DNA of 64,000 nucleotides from Curvularia clavata (Eukaryota): NCBI GenBank assembly GCA_023920165.1, contig CP089275.1, positions 4,092,001 to 4,156,000 of the forward strand, read 5' to 3'. Shown piece by piece: positions 51,026 to 62,959 of this stretch (position 1 is its first letter; each line of letters starts with the position of its first letter). The notes under the pieces were generated by a model. It saw only the letters and a program-made list of their open reading frames with translations, ran no database searches and was not told where the DNA came from. The position numbers and the translations under genes were made by a program.

Positions 51026-52134
51026 TCAGCCTAGTCTCCCAGGATACATCATATCGACTGATGACAAGCTACTATCCTGGCTTTCCAGCAAACACTTACT
51101 CGGCGCATTTAGCGCAACCGGCGAGACCATTGACGTAGCCTCTTTCGACAACCGCCACTCTGGTGGCACGTTATGCTGCATAACCTCGACCTCTGATACT
51201 TTTCCCAATTTTCCTCCCTTTCCAACCTTCTCAGGCTTGACATGCGTTGGAAGCACGAGCTCAGGTGTCGCACAAGACTGTGCGCGACTCTGTATAAGCC
51301 GAACAATTTGACTGAGGACGCCGAATTCAATCTTGAGCTTGAAGCTATATAGCAAAGATTTGAACGTCGTCTGTATCATATATAGATTTAGAAACTCCAT
51401 TGTGAGCAATGTGACGTCGAGGACGAGCAAGAGGACGTTCATGGCGACGAGCTGCCACATCCATTTTCGGGCTTTGCCGTCGAAAATGACACGCATGAGC
51501 TTGCGGGTTTCCCAGAGGTAGATGCAAGAGATGGTGACTTCTTGCAATGTGAAGAGTACCATTTGGATCTTCTCCATGATGGCGTAGCCGTGTGTGTAGA
51601 TGTCTGGGTGCTTGGTGTATTGCCGCAAGTTTAAAGTCACGGTGGGGACGCACAGGCAAATTGCTGAGACAATGATGGTCCAGAAAATGACGCGCAGCAT
51701 TTTGAGGTTAGGCGAGATGAGATGGAGTCGGGAGTACAGAACCATGGATTGGCCGGGGACCATCAGCACCCATCCGATGGTGAGAAGGGCGTTGTAGAGG
51801 TAGGCATTGTGGCCGACATTGTTCTGCTTCATCCATGCACCTATGGTCAAGGAAACTCTTGTTAGTTTACTTTTTTATCTTAAGGTAGTTACTAGTGTGG
51901 CAATTCACCTGTCGCATAAGGCACAATACTAAGTGCATTGATAATCAGACTCCAAAAGTACAAGCCGGAATATTTTCTGAAGATGCAGAATATGAGGACT
52001 AGTAGCTCTAAGGAGTTGTACCATGCAATGGCCGTGAAAGCAGTCATGGCCCGGGGAAGCACCCGATTAGCGCCGTAGATGTCGAAATTGGCACCTGTAA
52101 TGCCATTGGTGTGTGTAGTATCATTCATCGTCAT
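51026..52134 (-). CDS. Fungal integral membrane protein (about 7 TM, uncharacterised); intron 51908-51841
   Basis: IAWYNSLEL, FRKYSGLYFWSL, GWVLMVPGQSMVLYSRLHL, EKIQMVLFTLQE, YSFKLKIEFGVL. Confidence 0.85.
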
Positions 52135-52852
52135 GCTTGCAAGCGAGATTATGTTGCCATAGATTAAAACAAAGGACGAGATGAGCAGAATGCTGTGTAA
52201 CCGCCAGGATCATGTAAGGCCTTTCGTTCTTACATATGCAAATATGAGTCTGCGGAGTACCGGGCTATCGACAAGGTAATCATGTGTCAGCATCGGGAAC
52301 GTTGTGTAAGTGGGTGGTTTGGGGGCTAAGGGTGTTGATTGGCTGGATGCGACTAGTTTTCTTAGACGCATGCTTGTATCGGACTCCAGGAATAGATCAC
52401 AGCACTATCCTGGGATTTTTCGTTGTAGTATTCTCCGATAGCAGGACACGATAAGCTCATGGCCAAGACCTGCTAAGCAGCCTTAGAACCCTAATGCGCG
52501 CTACGGAAACACGTTTCCAAAGATCTAGTCCTCTCCAAATAAGGATAATCACCGAAACGCGGGAACTCACGTGAAATTTCCCGCAGGTAGTGGTATACCG
52601 TCATCGTACATAGGCATAGTAAACGATCATTCCTATCTTACCAACGCCTGATTGGTGGAGCCGCTACGGGATAACGTTACTCGTCTCATCTAAGAGCAAA
52701 AAAGATGGAAGGGAAATTAATTACACTCGCGATTTCGCAAGAGAACTTTTTGTGCCTATATTGAGAACTAGAACGCTAGACTAGTGGAACGCCTTGCACG
52801 CTATGCCAAGATATCACCCATAACTTCACACAAATCATAGAAACCCGAGACA

Positions 52853-54438
52853 TTAGTTCTCCGCATGACCTGTAGGGCCCTGGTCCGTATCTGCAAAGAA
52901 TGTTAGCCTCGTGGGCGGACAAAGCGCTTGTCAGAGTCGGCACTTACAATCCATAGTGACGAAGGCACGGTCCACTTCCTTCAATCCCTCTAGACAGTAC
53001 TGCAGGGTTTCTGCAATGTCATGGCACGTCCTTAGCGGGGTGCTCGGCTTCATGAGCACATCAATCTCCACACAGACGCCATCGCCAGCGTGGTATACTT
53101 TCAGGCTCTTGAAACCTTCCACGAGGGGAGAGAAGCGGAATGCCATGAACATCATCTTGCGCTCTGTGCGGCTATCGGCGGCTTCTCCGGTAAGTCGAGT
53201 GACATTTTCAAAACAGGTACATGCCCAGTCGTAAATAATGAACAAGGAAAGGCAGGCTGCTCCGAGGGGATCGAGCCACCAGACATTGACTTGGGCGCCA
53301 ATAAGAGGAAACAAGAGAGACAAGGTGTTGAAGTAGACATCTGGTTTTGTTAGCACCAAAACACTCACGTAATATGTCAAAAGAGTTACCAGTCTTGCAA
53401 TCTTGGGCGAGAGCTTGCACTTGTGTTGTCTTGACCCTGGCGCATCCAATCCAGATTGTTCCCTTGACGACAATGGTAGATACCATTGCGAAGATGGCTG
53501 CAGGAGGGAGCATAGCAACGCTGTGGTCACCGCTGGGTAGCAGCTTCTTCACAGACTCTTGGAGGATTTGGAGAAAAGAAATGACCATGATGATGGAGAA
53601 GACAAGGATACCAATGGGCTCGAGGCGCTTGCGGCCGATGGGAAACTTCTTCCTTAGAGCCTGGAGACGCCAGCCAACCAGCTTGTTGGTGGTCCAGATG
53701 ATGAGTGTGCAGAGCAAATCGAGGGCAGAATCGACAAGAGATGCGATCAAGGACAGAGAGTTTGACCAGATGGCAGCGACGCCCTTGGCAGCGAGTAAGA
53801 GGATATTGACGAGGACGTTGATCTGAACCTGGTAAGCGCAAGGCTATATAGCGGCTGACTTGAAACTCACGTTGATTGCCCATCGAACATGCTTTGCTGC
53901 CTTTCTCCGCTTCTCGCGCTCTTCTGCAGGAAGGAAAGGCTCCAAGTCTTCTCCGCTGTAGCCCAGAGGACCTCTATCCTCGGCCACACCATCGTGATCA
54001 GGATCCTGAGGAGCCATACTGTCGACAATGTCGTCGGCGAGCGAAGTTACGACCATGTCAACCTCGGCCCAGTCGTCGATGCGTTCGTTTTGCTCTTCGT
54101 AGAATTGGCGCACTTTCTTGTTCTTTATGCTCTTAAGCTGTAACCACCATGTCAGCATCCAGGTTGACCAAGTCGAGGCTATCACATACGCTCTCTTCGC
54201 TTTTCCTGTATACCTCAAGCGCTTCATGGTCGACCTGATCGATCAGCTTGCGCTTTAGTTCGTTGGCTCGATTGTCCCTTAGGGTATGTTCGATGGCATC
54301 GCGAAACCGCTGCTTGGGCTTAATCTTGTTGATGGTTCCATAGCCGCTCTCTAGGTCGACGCGCTCGGTATTTCCATAACCGTTAACATTGCCGTTGGTA
54401 CTGTTGCTGTTAAGCAATCCGCGTCTGCCACCGACCAT
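52853..54438 (-). CDS. Cation diffusion facilitator (MTP-like, Mn/Fe type), 5 exons
   Basis: FYEEQNERIDDW, SLIASLVDSALDLL, FPIGRKRLEPIG, ALAQDCKT|DV, WWLDPLGA, YHAGD, HDIAETLQ, VDRAFVTMD|YT. Confidence 0.92.
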
Positions 54439-55269
54439 GGTTTTCAAGTGATCAAATCAGTGTAGAGATCGTAAGGTCAAGGTTGGATGGGAATCCGGAG
54501 AGTAGAAGAGTATAGTCGAGCAAAAGTAAGCACACGACGACCCGGAAGACGCGACGCGCTATTGGAGGCTTTAGAGGCATGGGAGCGTAATGGCGCATGA
54601 GAGAGCATCATCATCTTGAGGGATGGCTAAGCTGATTGGGGTAATGTCCCTGCATGCAAAAGACAATTCTTGGTAGGGCTTGTGCCAGCTTGTGTCGACG
54701 AGTGCAAAAGAGGAGCCATGACATCACCCGCGTTCCGGATGTCGCGCCCTTGGCAGGCACCATGTCACCAACTCTCCACTCGACAAACTACATAATAGCG
54801 GCGCCCCTCTCTTCCAGCCAGTCAGCACCCCAGCTTGTCCTCCCAAGATAGCCTGATCGCAACCTCATCTCACCATGCCAGCGCGCGCTGTTAGAACGGC
54901 GATGTCCGGTGCGTGCCGAACACCCGAAAGCTAGCAACCATGCACTGGGAACGGCATACCTTCCTCGTCTCCGGTCCATGGCCCACTCATTCGGATACAT
55001 GCATGGTGCTACTTGTATCCTCTCACTAACCCGGCATTCCTCACGAGCTCTTCACAATGTTGTCTTCGCATCGACATCACGTGCCTTGACAACTCGAACA
55101 TGACCCAAGACGTGGTACTAAGCCCGCCGGCCCTTTAGAGCACAGCCCCCAACAAATCCTCGCAGTCTCGACCCAAGCCGGCGATTCCTATGGACCGTCA
55201 CATGACAGGTATATAAGCGCGTCGTGTCTCGTTCTGCTTCATGAACATTTTGCGTCTAAACCAGTTGCC

Positions 55270-56464
55270 ATGGCACCACCACCGGCACAGCACCGCCGCA
55301 GTGGCGATGGTACCATCTTGTTTCTATATACATTCCTCGCTATCGTGGGCATCTTTACCATGCGCCTTTTGACCCAAATGACAGGCAATCCTCCTGGTTA
55401 CTGGGAAATGTTTGCGTCGCACGCTCTGCCGGATGGCACTCCTATCAAGAAAGACTACTCCGGCTTCCGGTTTTTCGATGAAGGCCTATCTTTCTTAGTC
55501 AGCGCGTTTATGTTCGGTCCTTTGCGATACAACGAGCCCTATTACTGGCAACAGATCCATTTCCTGATTCAACTTTTGCCAATCATCGCTATTATGAATG
55601 TCGAGGCTTGTCGAGAGCGGAACCAGGCTAGTTGGCTGAAATAGTGAGTTGCAGGACAAGCAAGGCTCGGTGAACCGCCGAGGAACATAGCGACTGACAA
55701 TCCCCAGTACTGCTGTATGGGCGTTTCTCTACCAGAACATCGGAGGCGCTTTCATCATCCCCATCTGGTGGGCAATCTTGCATTACCGATCAAGCCCTAG
55801 CTCCTACTTTCAAACGGGACGCACAGTACCACTGCCATATGCCCGTGTCATATTACCAGCAACCATTGTGTTGTACTTCATCCCCACCCTTGCTATATGG
55901 GTGCCCCAAGACAAGAACGTCGTCACACTCCAGAATGTCTTAGCGTTTTGGCAATTCACCCCAATACTTGTGAACGTCCCCTTCTGGCTCATCTCCCTTA
56001 CCGGCTCCCCGTCCACATCCGCTACCAAGCGAAACAAAGACGCCGACATCTCACATCTCAAGATCCTCTACGCCTTCTCATTCTTAGTGTCGGTAGCAGT
56101 GCACTGGTATATCATCTACGGCATTTCTGTCTCCCCACACCCGGATGCAACTTACGCCCGCGTCTTCGTCCCTAGCACGTACACTTGGAACAGGGACATT
56201 CCCTGGGGTTTGCTGTGGATCTTTCAGTGGGATTGGGCGATCATTAGCGTCATGTGTATCATACCTGCCTGGGTCGCCGTCTGTGATGTTCAGCGCATGA
56301 GGAAGGGAGAAGCTTCACTAGAAAACATCTTTGAGAGTTTCCTTGTCATCATGACAATTGCCATCGGTGGAGGTCCAGGAGCAGCATTGTCTGCAGTTTG
56401 GTTTTGGAGAGAAGGTAATTTGGCGGCGATTGAAAATGCATCGGCAGCAAAGAAGGGCCAATAA
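55270..56464 (+). CDS. Multi-pass membrane protein resembling CtvD/AurD/AtmA-type secondary-metabolism proteins; intron 55644-55707
   Basis: YSGFRFFDEGLSFLV, VEACRERN, YQNIGGAFIIP, WQFTP, IFQWDW, GPGAALSAVWFWRE; TATATAA about 60 nt upstream. Confidence 0.7.
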
Positions 56465-56668
56465 TGGCTACGCCTGAGACAGTTGCACACTCAACAGTAA
56501 GGTGTGGCGACAGATACGGCAAGAGATGGAAAACGGGTCATCATCAATAATCCTTCAATGTCCTGTGGAAAATCAGATATCAGCTCCCTAGATGTCTGTC
56601 CAGCAATGATTCAACACTATCCTGCTCTCTCATCATCTACTGTCCCCGCTACTGCCATACAGCCGCAA

Positions 56669-57211
56669 TCATACTCTCTTATCCATACAGTCACTAGCCT
56701 CTTGATTCTGTGCCCCAGCATATTCGCCGTCCTCGCCCTGTTCAAACGAAACTGGTACCACAACTCCTGCATTTGTCACGTCCTTTGTCTGCATTACAGC
56801 TTGTTTCCGCTTGGCTTCTCTGAATCTCACCAGTATCTTGTCATCAGAAACCCTAACGTCTGAGTACTTTGTTCCTGGAGCTCTTGGCTGTCGGGAAGAC
56901 TTCGAATCCCCTTCCGCCGCAACATCGCCATCCGTGGTACCCGTGTCGGCGTGATCTTCTCTTTTCAACTCCACGAGCTTCCGAACCATTTCTAACACTA
57001 TGATTGGTATCATGCGCTGTATCTCGGTGCGAACTCTGTGCATCAGGGTATCGGCGAGCAGTTCGTTCACAAGGATTGGGATCAACCGGAACACCTCGCT
57101 TTGGATTTCAGGCATAAGGGCTTCGACGACAGCTTTTGTCAGCTGGGGCAGGATCTGTTGGATAGCGGGGAGTAGGTCAATGGTTGGAGTGTGTGAAAAT
57201 GGGGGAGGCAT
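56669..57211 (-). CDS. Hypothetical small helical protein
   Basis: Open frame from ATG 57211 with amphipathic helical pseudo-repeats; 3' end uncertain. Confidence 0.5.
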   Translation of the reverse strand: MPPPFSHTPTIDLLPAIQQILPQLTKAVVEALMPEIQSEVFRLIPILVNELLADTLMHRVRTEIQRMIPIIVLEMVRKLVELKREDHADTGTTDGDVAAEGDSKSSRQPRAPGTKYSDVRVSDDKILVRFREAKRKQAVMQTKDVTNAGVVVPVSFEQGEDGEYAGAQNQEASDCMDKRV

Positions 57212-57416
57212 TGCGGCGGATGCCTGTTGTTGAGCTTGCTTCAGCGTGTCTGTATGGGAGAGGAACGGCTTTTTGTAAGTACTGGTAGCTATTTGCTGGT
57301 ACTGATGAGGGATGCTTCTACAAGCTGGATGATCGTGCCCAACTTTTGATTGTATCGTAGCATAAAAAAGCATTTGTGTCCTGTGTGAACAATCTGAACC
57401 GCTTGACAAACATCGT

Positions 57417-58508
57417 TCATGGCTCTTCCATTATCGGAGCACAAACATCCCTCAGTCCATCTAGCAGAGGCAATTCGAGCACTTTTTCCCAATCATCTTG
57501 TAACACACTCTCCAAAGCCGCAGCTCCGATGTCCACCAGCTTTTGGGTGCCCTCACGATCAGTCCATTCGACACGGGTAGGCCAGAAAGCGACATGCACC
57601 GCCCAATGCACTACCAATCTCCGCAGCCAGGTCTTGCCTAGCGTCCCAGAGCCCTTTCTAGCAGTAAAGTACTTGCTCAAAAACGATGCACGCAGACCTT
57701 TCCCCCCTCGAAAACGATCGAGGAGAAATGCCTCAGCAGCAAACTGCGCGACGTCTGTTGCACTGGTGCCACGACGGACCATCTCCCAGTCCACGATAGT
57801 AAGCCCAGCGGACGAATCCCCATTTACACGCACAAGGATATTTCCAGGCCAGAAATCCCCATGGCAGACACATTCATCGTCTGTAGCAAGCAAACTGCCA
57901 AATTCCTCATTGATCCGATGCGCAAGACTAGCATCATGGCCAAATTGCTCGAGCGCAATGTGGAGATTCTTATATGAGTGGCGATAAATGCCAACTCCTA
58001 CTGGATTGTTCTTCGTAGAACTGTCGTCATTCGGTAGTGCAAGGGAGATGTCTCTGGAGGAACTGTGCAGTGCTGCTAGCCATATCGCTAGTTCCTGGCC
58101 GATTTGCGGTATGTCGAGTATGGAGTCGGTGTATGCATCTTTGAGATTGCGACTTCCGCCGTCTTCGATCTCGAGCAACTTCTTCTCCTTATCGTAGCTC
58201 AAGAGCTCGACAGCATGCACGCTTGGGCTTGGCAAGTCGGTGAAGAAGGGTTTGTCCTTGGAAGAAAGCAGGGCGAGAATGTTGGCTTCATAGTCCATGC
58301 GCGTAGGGTCAAAGGCGAAGTTCTTGTTGCTGTGGAGGTATGGTGCGGCGTGCTTGAAGATGCTTGTAGTCCCACTCTCTTTGTTTGCGCGGTATACGAA
58401 GTTTGCGGTGCCACCGGAGAGTAATTCTATGCTTGTGTGCCCTGGGCGAGTTGCAATGAGATAGTCACTGAGCCCTTGCTCCGTCGTGAGATCGTAGGAA
58501 GATGCCAT
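57417..58508 (-). CDS. APH/choline-kinase-fold small-molecule phosphotransferase (MTR kinase / PsiK-like)
   Basis: LSGGTANFVYR, IFKHAAPY, CHGDFWPGNIL (Brenner motif), IVDWEM. Confidence 0.88.
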   Translation of the reverse strand: MASSYDLTTEQGLSDYLIATRPGHTSIELLSGGTANFVYRANKESGTTSIFKHAAPYLHSNKNFAFDPTRMDYEANILALLSSKDKPFFTDLPSPSVHAVELLSYDKEKKLLEIEDGGSRNLKDAYTDSILDIPQIGQELAIWLAALHSSSRDISLALPNDDSSTKNNPVGVGIYRHSYKNLHIALEQFGHDASLAHRINEEFGSLLATDDECVCHGDFWPGNILVRVNGDSSAGLTIVDWEMVRRGTSATDVAQFAAEAFLLDRFRGGKGLRASFLSKYFTARKGSGTLGKTWLRRLVVHWAVHVAFWPTRVEWTDREGTQKLVDIGAAALESVLQDDWEKVLELPLLDGLRDVCAPIMEEP

Positions 58509-59177
58509 GCCGCCTTCGATACTCAAAAATGTACAAAATCTTCAGAGTGATTATAGAGAGTATTGGTGGTTTCAGCACTGTTCTTGCTGGTGACTAAAAT
58601 CGCGTCGAATGCCCACACCGTGGTTGTGATAGATTGTGCGACTTATTGTCGTTTCTTTGTCTAGTTACGACTCTGCGATCATACATATTTCACTGCCGTA
58701 TGTATTTCTGATGAAAGATGTCACTATGATCACACATGAGTCATTTGCCAAGTCGAGCTGGTATGGACGCAATAGAAATCAAGGTGGGGCAGTGCAGCCC
58801 CAAAGCGGAATGGCTGCAACAGCTCCATGAGCCTGCATTCATCCATCGTGTGTATTAGCGCAGGTTTCTTCGATAAACATAGTGCTTCAATAAGGTGCCA
58901 TAATGTTTGTATTGGTAAGAGATCAACATAATTGCGGCCTATCATCAATCTCTACAGCCCCCTATGTCAGCAAGCCTGATGCGTGAACCTATCCTAGTAG
59001 TTTTGTTTCGGGCTGACCGCTTTTTCCAAGTGTTACGCAGCTTGTTTTCTCGCTAGATATATAATAGGGTGTCGTGTAAAGGGTATGAATACTCATGCAT
59101 AACTTCTCTCCACTCCTTCACGTCTTTCATCTTACCTCAATTTTTGGCAGACTTCAATTGCGAACCACAGCGTTACT

Positions 59178-59810
59178 ATGGCTGAACACATCGACAGTTT
59201 GAGTGACGGAATTAGTAATCTTAATTTGGAGAACCGGAATCGTGATCATGTCTGTGATGATGCTCAGCCATCGAGAAACATCATCATTCCATCAGAAGGC
59301 CTCCACGGCCTTGCCCAGGTTCGGCTGATGTGTATGCTGTCAGCACAGAAGAATAATCCTATATATGCTTCAATATCACATCAATACGAAGGCTATTGGC
59401 GCATTCGATTTGAGATATCCAGGAAACCAGCATGGAGTAGCCACTCAGGGAAACGTCCGAATGGGCGGATGCGCACCGGGTATGCATGGCTCTTCTCGAT
59501 TACTCCTTCAAAGTGATTACGCCAACTTCGTCTGGCGAATTAGAAAAGAGGAAGGCAGAATTCAACAGTAACCGCGATAAAGGATGTGGGTATCGATTGA
59601 GGATATGAGGGATACAGTACAAGAGACCTTTCATAACTCATTCGGGCTATGTTGGCATGGGCCCGATGTGCATGCGCCCTGGAGACATCACCATTGTTTT
59701 ATGATGGCGAGACTGCCTTGCGTCATTCGTGGCCGTGGCGGCGGGAGTTTTCAGTTCGTTGGGGAGTGCTAGTGCGATGGGATTATGGATGGCGAGATTG
59801 TTCGATAAAG
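59178..59810 (+). pseudogene. Degenerate HET-6-like heterokaryon incompatibility gene remnant
   Basis: KRPFITHSGYVGMGPMCMRPGDITIV, frameshift, ARLPCVIR...FQFVGEC*CDGIMDGE; matches the C-terminal consensus of HET-6-like proteins with a frameshift and in-frame TAG; no intact HET domain seen. Confidence 0.8.
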
Positions 59811-60040
59811 ACCAAAACAAAGTTTCCATCTTATATAAGTCTGTGATTCAAAGCATATAATAGCGTGGCTGCAGCAGTTATGTGTTAAGCTTATCAACTT
59901 TCAACTGTATGGTGCTGTAGAATGTTCTTCGCTTGAAGTAAACTTAGTTACTCTCTTCTAAACTCATATAAAAGAGAGTTATATCTCTGCCCTGACTCAT
60001 TTGCCGCCCTCTTTTTCCAAAACAGAAAATAGTTCAATCT

Positions 60041-61387
60041 CTATGCTAAGATCTTGGGTAGTAGTCTCTTGCAAGCTCCCCAGATATAAGCAGAATCCTG
60101 TCCTGCCCAAATAGCACCCACGTAGTACGTGCTAGACGTGCCTTGCAGATCATTCAGCTTAGTATAGAAACCAGATTTTATATCCTCGTTAGAAACAAAG
60201 TTCATGTATTGATCGTGATTGAACCATTCGACAATTTCGTTCTTGCTCGCTGGTAGTACTCCATTCGCGATCAACTTTTGAACCTGCGACTTGAACAGGG
60301 TCTGCGCATACTGAACAGAAGCTTCGCCTATAAAGCAGACGTAGGAGAAGTACGATGAGTCACTGAAGCCAGTAGGAGAGGTATTAATTGTTCCAGGAAG
60401 CCTGGCGATGCCAAGTGAAGAGCTGGGTCCGACGCCGGTAATGGAGGCGTTGTTCCATTCTGGATTGCGGGTAATGGCAATGTGAGTGTTCTTGCTCTGA
60501 AATTTGCTAAAGAGCTGGACCTCATTTGAGGATAGATCCCATCCAGCAAAATTCTGGATCAACGGAGGCGCGGCCATGACGATCTTGTCTGCCTCATAAC
60601 AGATTCGCCCGCTAGGCGTCTTGACGATGACAGTGACGCTGCTCTCGCTCCTTTTTAAACTTTGAACTGTCGAGCTGAGCAATACCCTATCTCCTAAGAT
60701 CTTCGCCGCGTTAATGTAGATGTCGTCGACATTTTTGGGGGCAAAGCTACCGCCAGGTTCAAGAAAAGCATTGATCGACTGGAGGCCATAATTTTTGATG
60801 ATGTAAAGCGTGGATTCTTTCTCGAAGTCGACTGGCGCAATGACAAGGGATAGGTACGGAAGAATAGCGTCAAGTCCGTACTTGCCAGAAAATTTCGAAA
60901 ATGGCAATAATAGCTCGTCCGGGACTGGGTCTGGCAGAAAAAATCCTTCTTCCAGGTACGAGTATTTCTCCTCAATGATAGAACGGAATTTCTTCCAACT
61001 GGCTTCAGCACCGGATGGCGCTGTGTAATTCTTGACTTCCAGGCCCGTCATGTAATCCACGTTCAGATTTGTCGGAGCATTGTACGAGACATACGGACCG
61101 GCAGTGACATTCACTCTTGTCAAATAGTCGTTGACAACTGAGATATTGGGCAAAGACTGAACTCCCACATTCCGAGGCGTTTTGAAGATTGGATCGTAAT
61201 ATGTGTTGGCGTGACTTCCGATGGCGCTTGACTTTTCAACAATTACTACATCTTTTCCCTTGTCCACCAGTGAGATTCCAGTATAAATGCCACTGGAACC
61301 ACCACCAACTACAATGACATCCTTTTTGATCGTCCGAAGCCCTACAACCGCTTGTAGGAATAGAATGGTAGAGAAAAGATTCTTCAT
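60041..61387 (-). CDS. Secreted FAD-dependent oxidoreductase (flavin amine oxidase superfamily)
   Basis: Signal peptide MKNLFSTILFLQAVVG, DVIVVGGGSSG..VVIVEK..IGSHANTY, GFYTKLNDLQG..TYYVGA; TATAAATA at 61474-61467. Confidence 0.88.
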   Translation of the reverse strand: MKNLFSTILFLQAVVGLRTIKKDVIVVGGGSSGIYTGISLVDKGKDVVIVEKSSAIGSHANTYYDPIFKTPRNVGVQSLPNISVVNDYLTRVNVTAGPYVSYNAPTNLNVDYMTGLEVKNYTAPSGAEASWKKFRSIIEEKYSYLEEGFFLPDPVPDELLLPFSKFSGKYGLDAILPYLSLVIAPVDFEKESTLYIIKNYGLQSINAFLEPGGSFAPKNVDDIYINAAKILGDRVLLSSTVQSLKRSESSVTVIVKTPSGRICYEADKIVMAAPPLIQNFAGWDLSSNEVQLFSKFQSKNTHIAITRNPEWNNASITGVGPSSSLGIARLPGTINTSPTGFSDSSYFSYVCFIGEASVQYAQTLFKSQVQKLIANGVLPASKNEIVEWFNHDQYMNFVSNEDIKSGFYTKLNDLQGTSSTYYVGAIWAGQDSAYIWGACKRLLPKILA

Positions 61388-62258
61388 TGAGGCGGAAAGA
61401 CAATCATAAAGAGAATTCAGTACTTGAATTGTGAGATGCGAAACTGAGTACAGCTGATATACATCTTATTTATACAACAATTCTGTTTGTGCGAAACCTG
61501 TCCAGGGCCTGTTTGTACTATGGAGATTTACAGCAGAAACGGACCAAGCTCGCATGAATGCTGAAGCTCAGATGCGCTTGCGTGTTCAAATCAGCTCTAG
61601 TCATCGATATCACTTGTCAATCTACAATAGTTTGTATGGAAACTAACTCCAAACGCCTAATATGAACGAGAGTCGGCCCTAATCTTGAAAGTAACGGTAT
61701 TGGATACTTCTGTCATTCAAAACTCCTGGCTAGGACATTTACACCACGCTCGGGCCGTTTACACTACGTTTGCCCAATGCCATTGCAGAAGTGGGAGATA
61801 ATTCTCTGAGAAAGCAAATTTATCCTCAGGCTCAACTGGACATGACGTGGGACCAGATTGCAAGAAGACAAAGTCATTCAATCTCAACATAGTTACTTTT
61901 TTTTTTGGAAAATCTTTGTGTAGAATAATGTTTACATGATTGCTCATCTTTTTGGAATAAATCTTAGGCTTTCAAGAGAGGCTTCACCTCGATTATTCTG
62001 ATTATGCTCAAGACTCTCTTAGCTCTCCATTTGGAAATATATTCTCCAAAACTATGCGCATAGCACCCCAGATGCAAACGCTGTACTACCTTGTCTCTTC
62101 ATTGATCGCATCTTTAGAGTTCCGCCAACATTTCTTCGCGATCATGACTGCTTTGCTTGCATCCCTTTCTCCCAAATTCTATTATAAGTTCTGGTCGAAG
62201 TGTCATAGAATTGTTGAGGTCCCCTAATTCAGTACTCTATACTTCACTTTTTACTGTA

Positions 62259-62663
62259 TATTACGGTAAGCTATGCTCGATGGCATGTACCAAACCGAGA
62301 GGCTTTCCTCGTCCATGAATTTCCATTTGCAGACTGGTCCGAAGTTTATGCTCAGATTTAAGTAAAGATATGTACAGGTTCCGAGAGCTCCGGTACCTAT
62401 ACAGGTTCCGAAAGTTCCAGGTACTATTATACAGGTTCCGAGAGTTCCGGGCGGTATGCAGGTTCCGAGAACTCCGGGTAATACTCCGTACCTAATTCTT
62501 TACTTATCGGAGAAAGGTTATACCGAAGTATCTGAGCGTGTTGTCTGAGCGCGCTGTCTGAGCGCTGCTCGGTCTGAACGTACATAGTAGTTCAGATGGT
62601 ACGCGCGCAGCTTGAACCGAGATTCCATCGAGGAGCTATCCAAAGGGCGTCTAGCCCGTTACA
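62259..62663. mobile_element. Possible degenerate solo-LTR / transposon relic containing the repeat arrays
   Basis: Starts TATTACG (TGTTACG after a G>A change) and ends CGTTACA; internal tandem repeats; no target-site duplication found. Confidence 0.3.
62372..62480. repeat. Four imperfect copies of RCAGGTTCCGARARYTCCRG with 27/30/27-nt spacing
   Basis: Copies start at 62374, 62401, 62431, 62458; followed by short CTGAGCG repeats at about 62531-62580. Confidence 0.85.
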
Positions 62664-62959
62664 CTTCGGAGATGTAGAAACCGTTACTTTAATACACAAA
62701 CTCTATATTTGTTCTTAACTACTATTCGCGGTGAGCCAAAAGCTGTCTATTTAGTCATAAGCACGTCCGAACACCTTGCCTGATAGAATAGGTGGGGCTG
62801 TGCACCCTTGTCTCCAAGTTGGCGGAAACGATCTTGCAACTATGAGCAGGGGTGAAGCTGCAATCGATAGCGACTGTAATTCGCAGCTTGTTCAGATTCT
62901 TTGATGAACAAATCCGGAGTATTATCCGAAAATTTCTTAGCGATACGAAACAAGGGGAA

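Noticed and set aside
62372..62480. CRISPR-like appearance of the repeat array
   Set aside because: Spacers only 7-10 nt, eukaryotic context, no cas genes
61688..62690. 11-bp inverted repeat AAAGTAACGGT about 1 kb apart as possible transposon TIRs
   Set aside because: Short, no target-site duplication, no transposase remnant recognised
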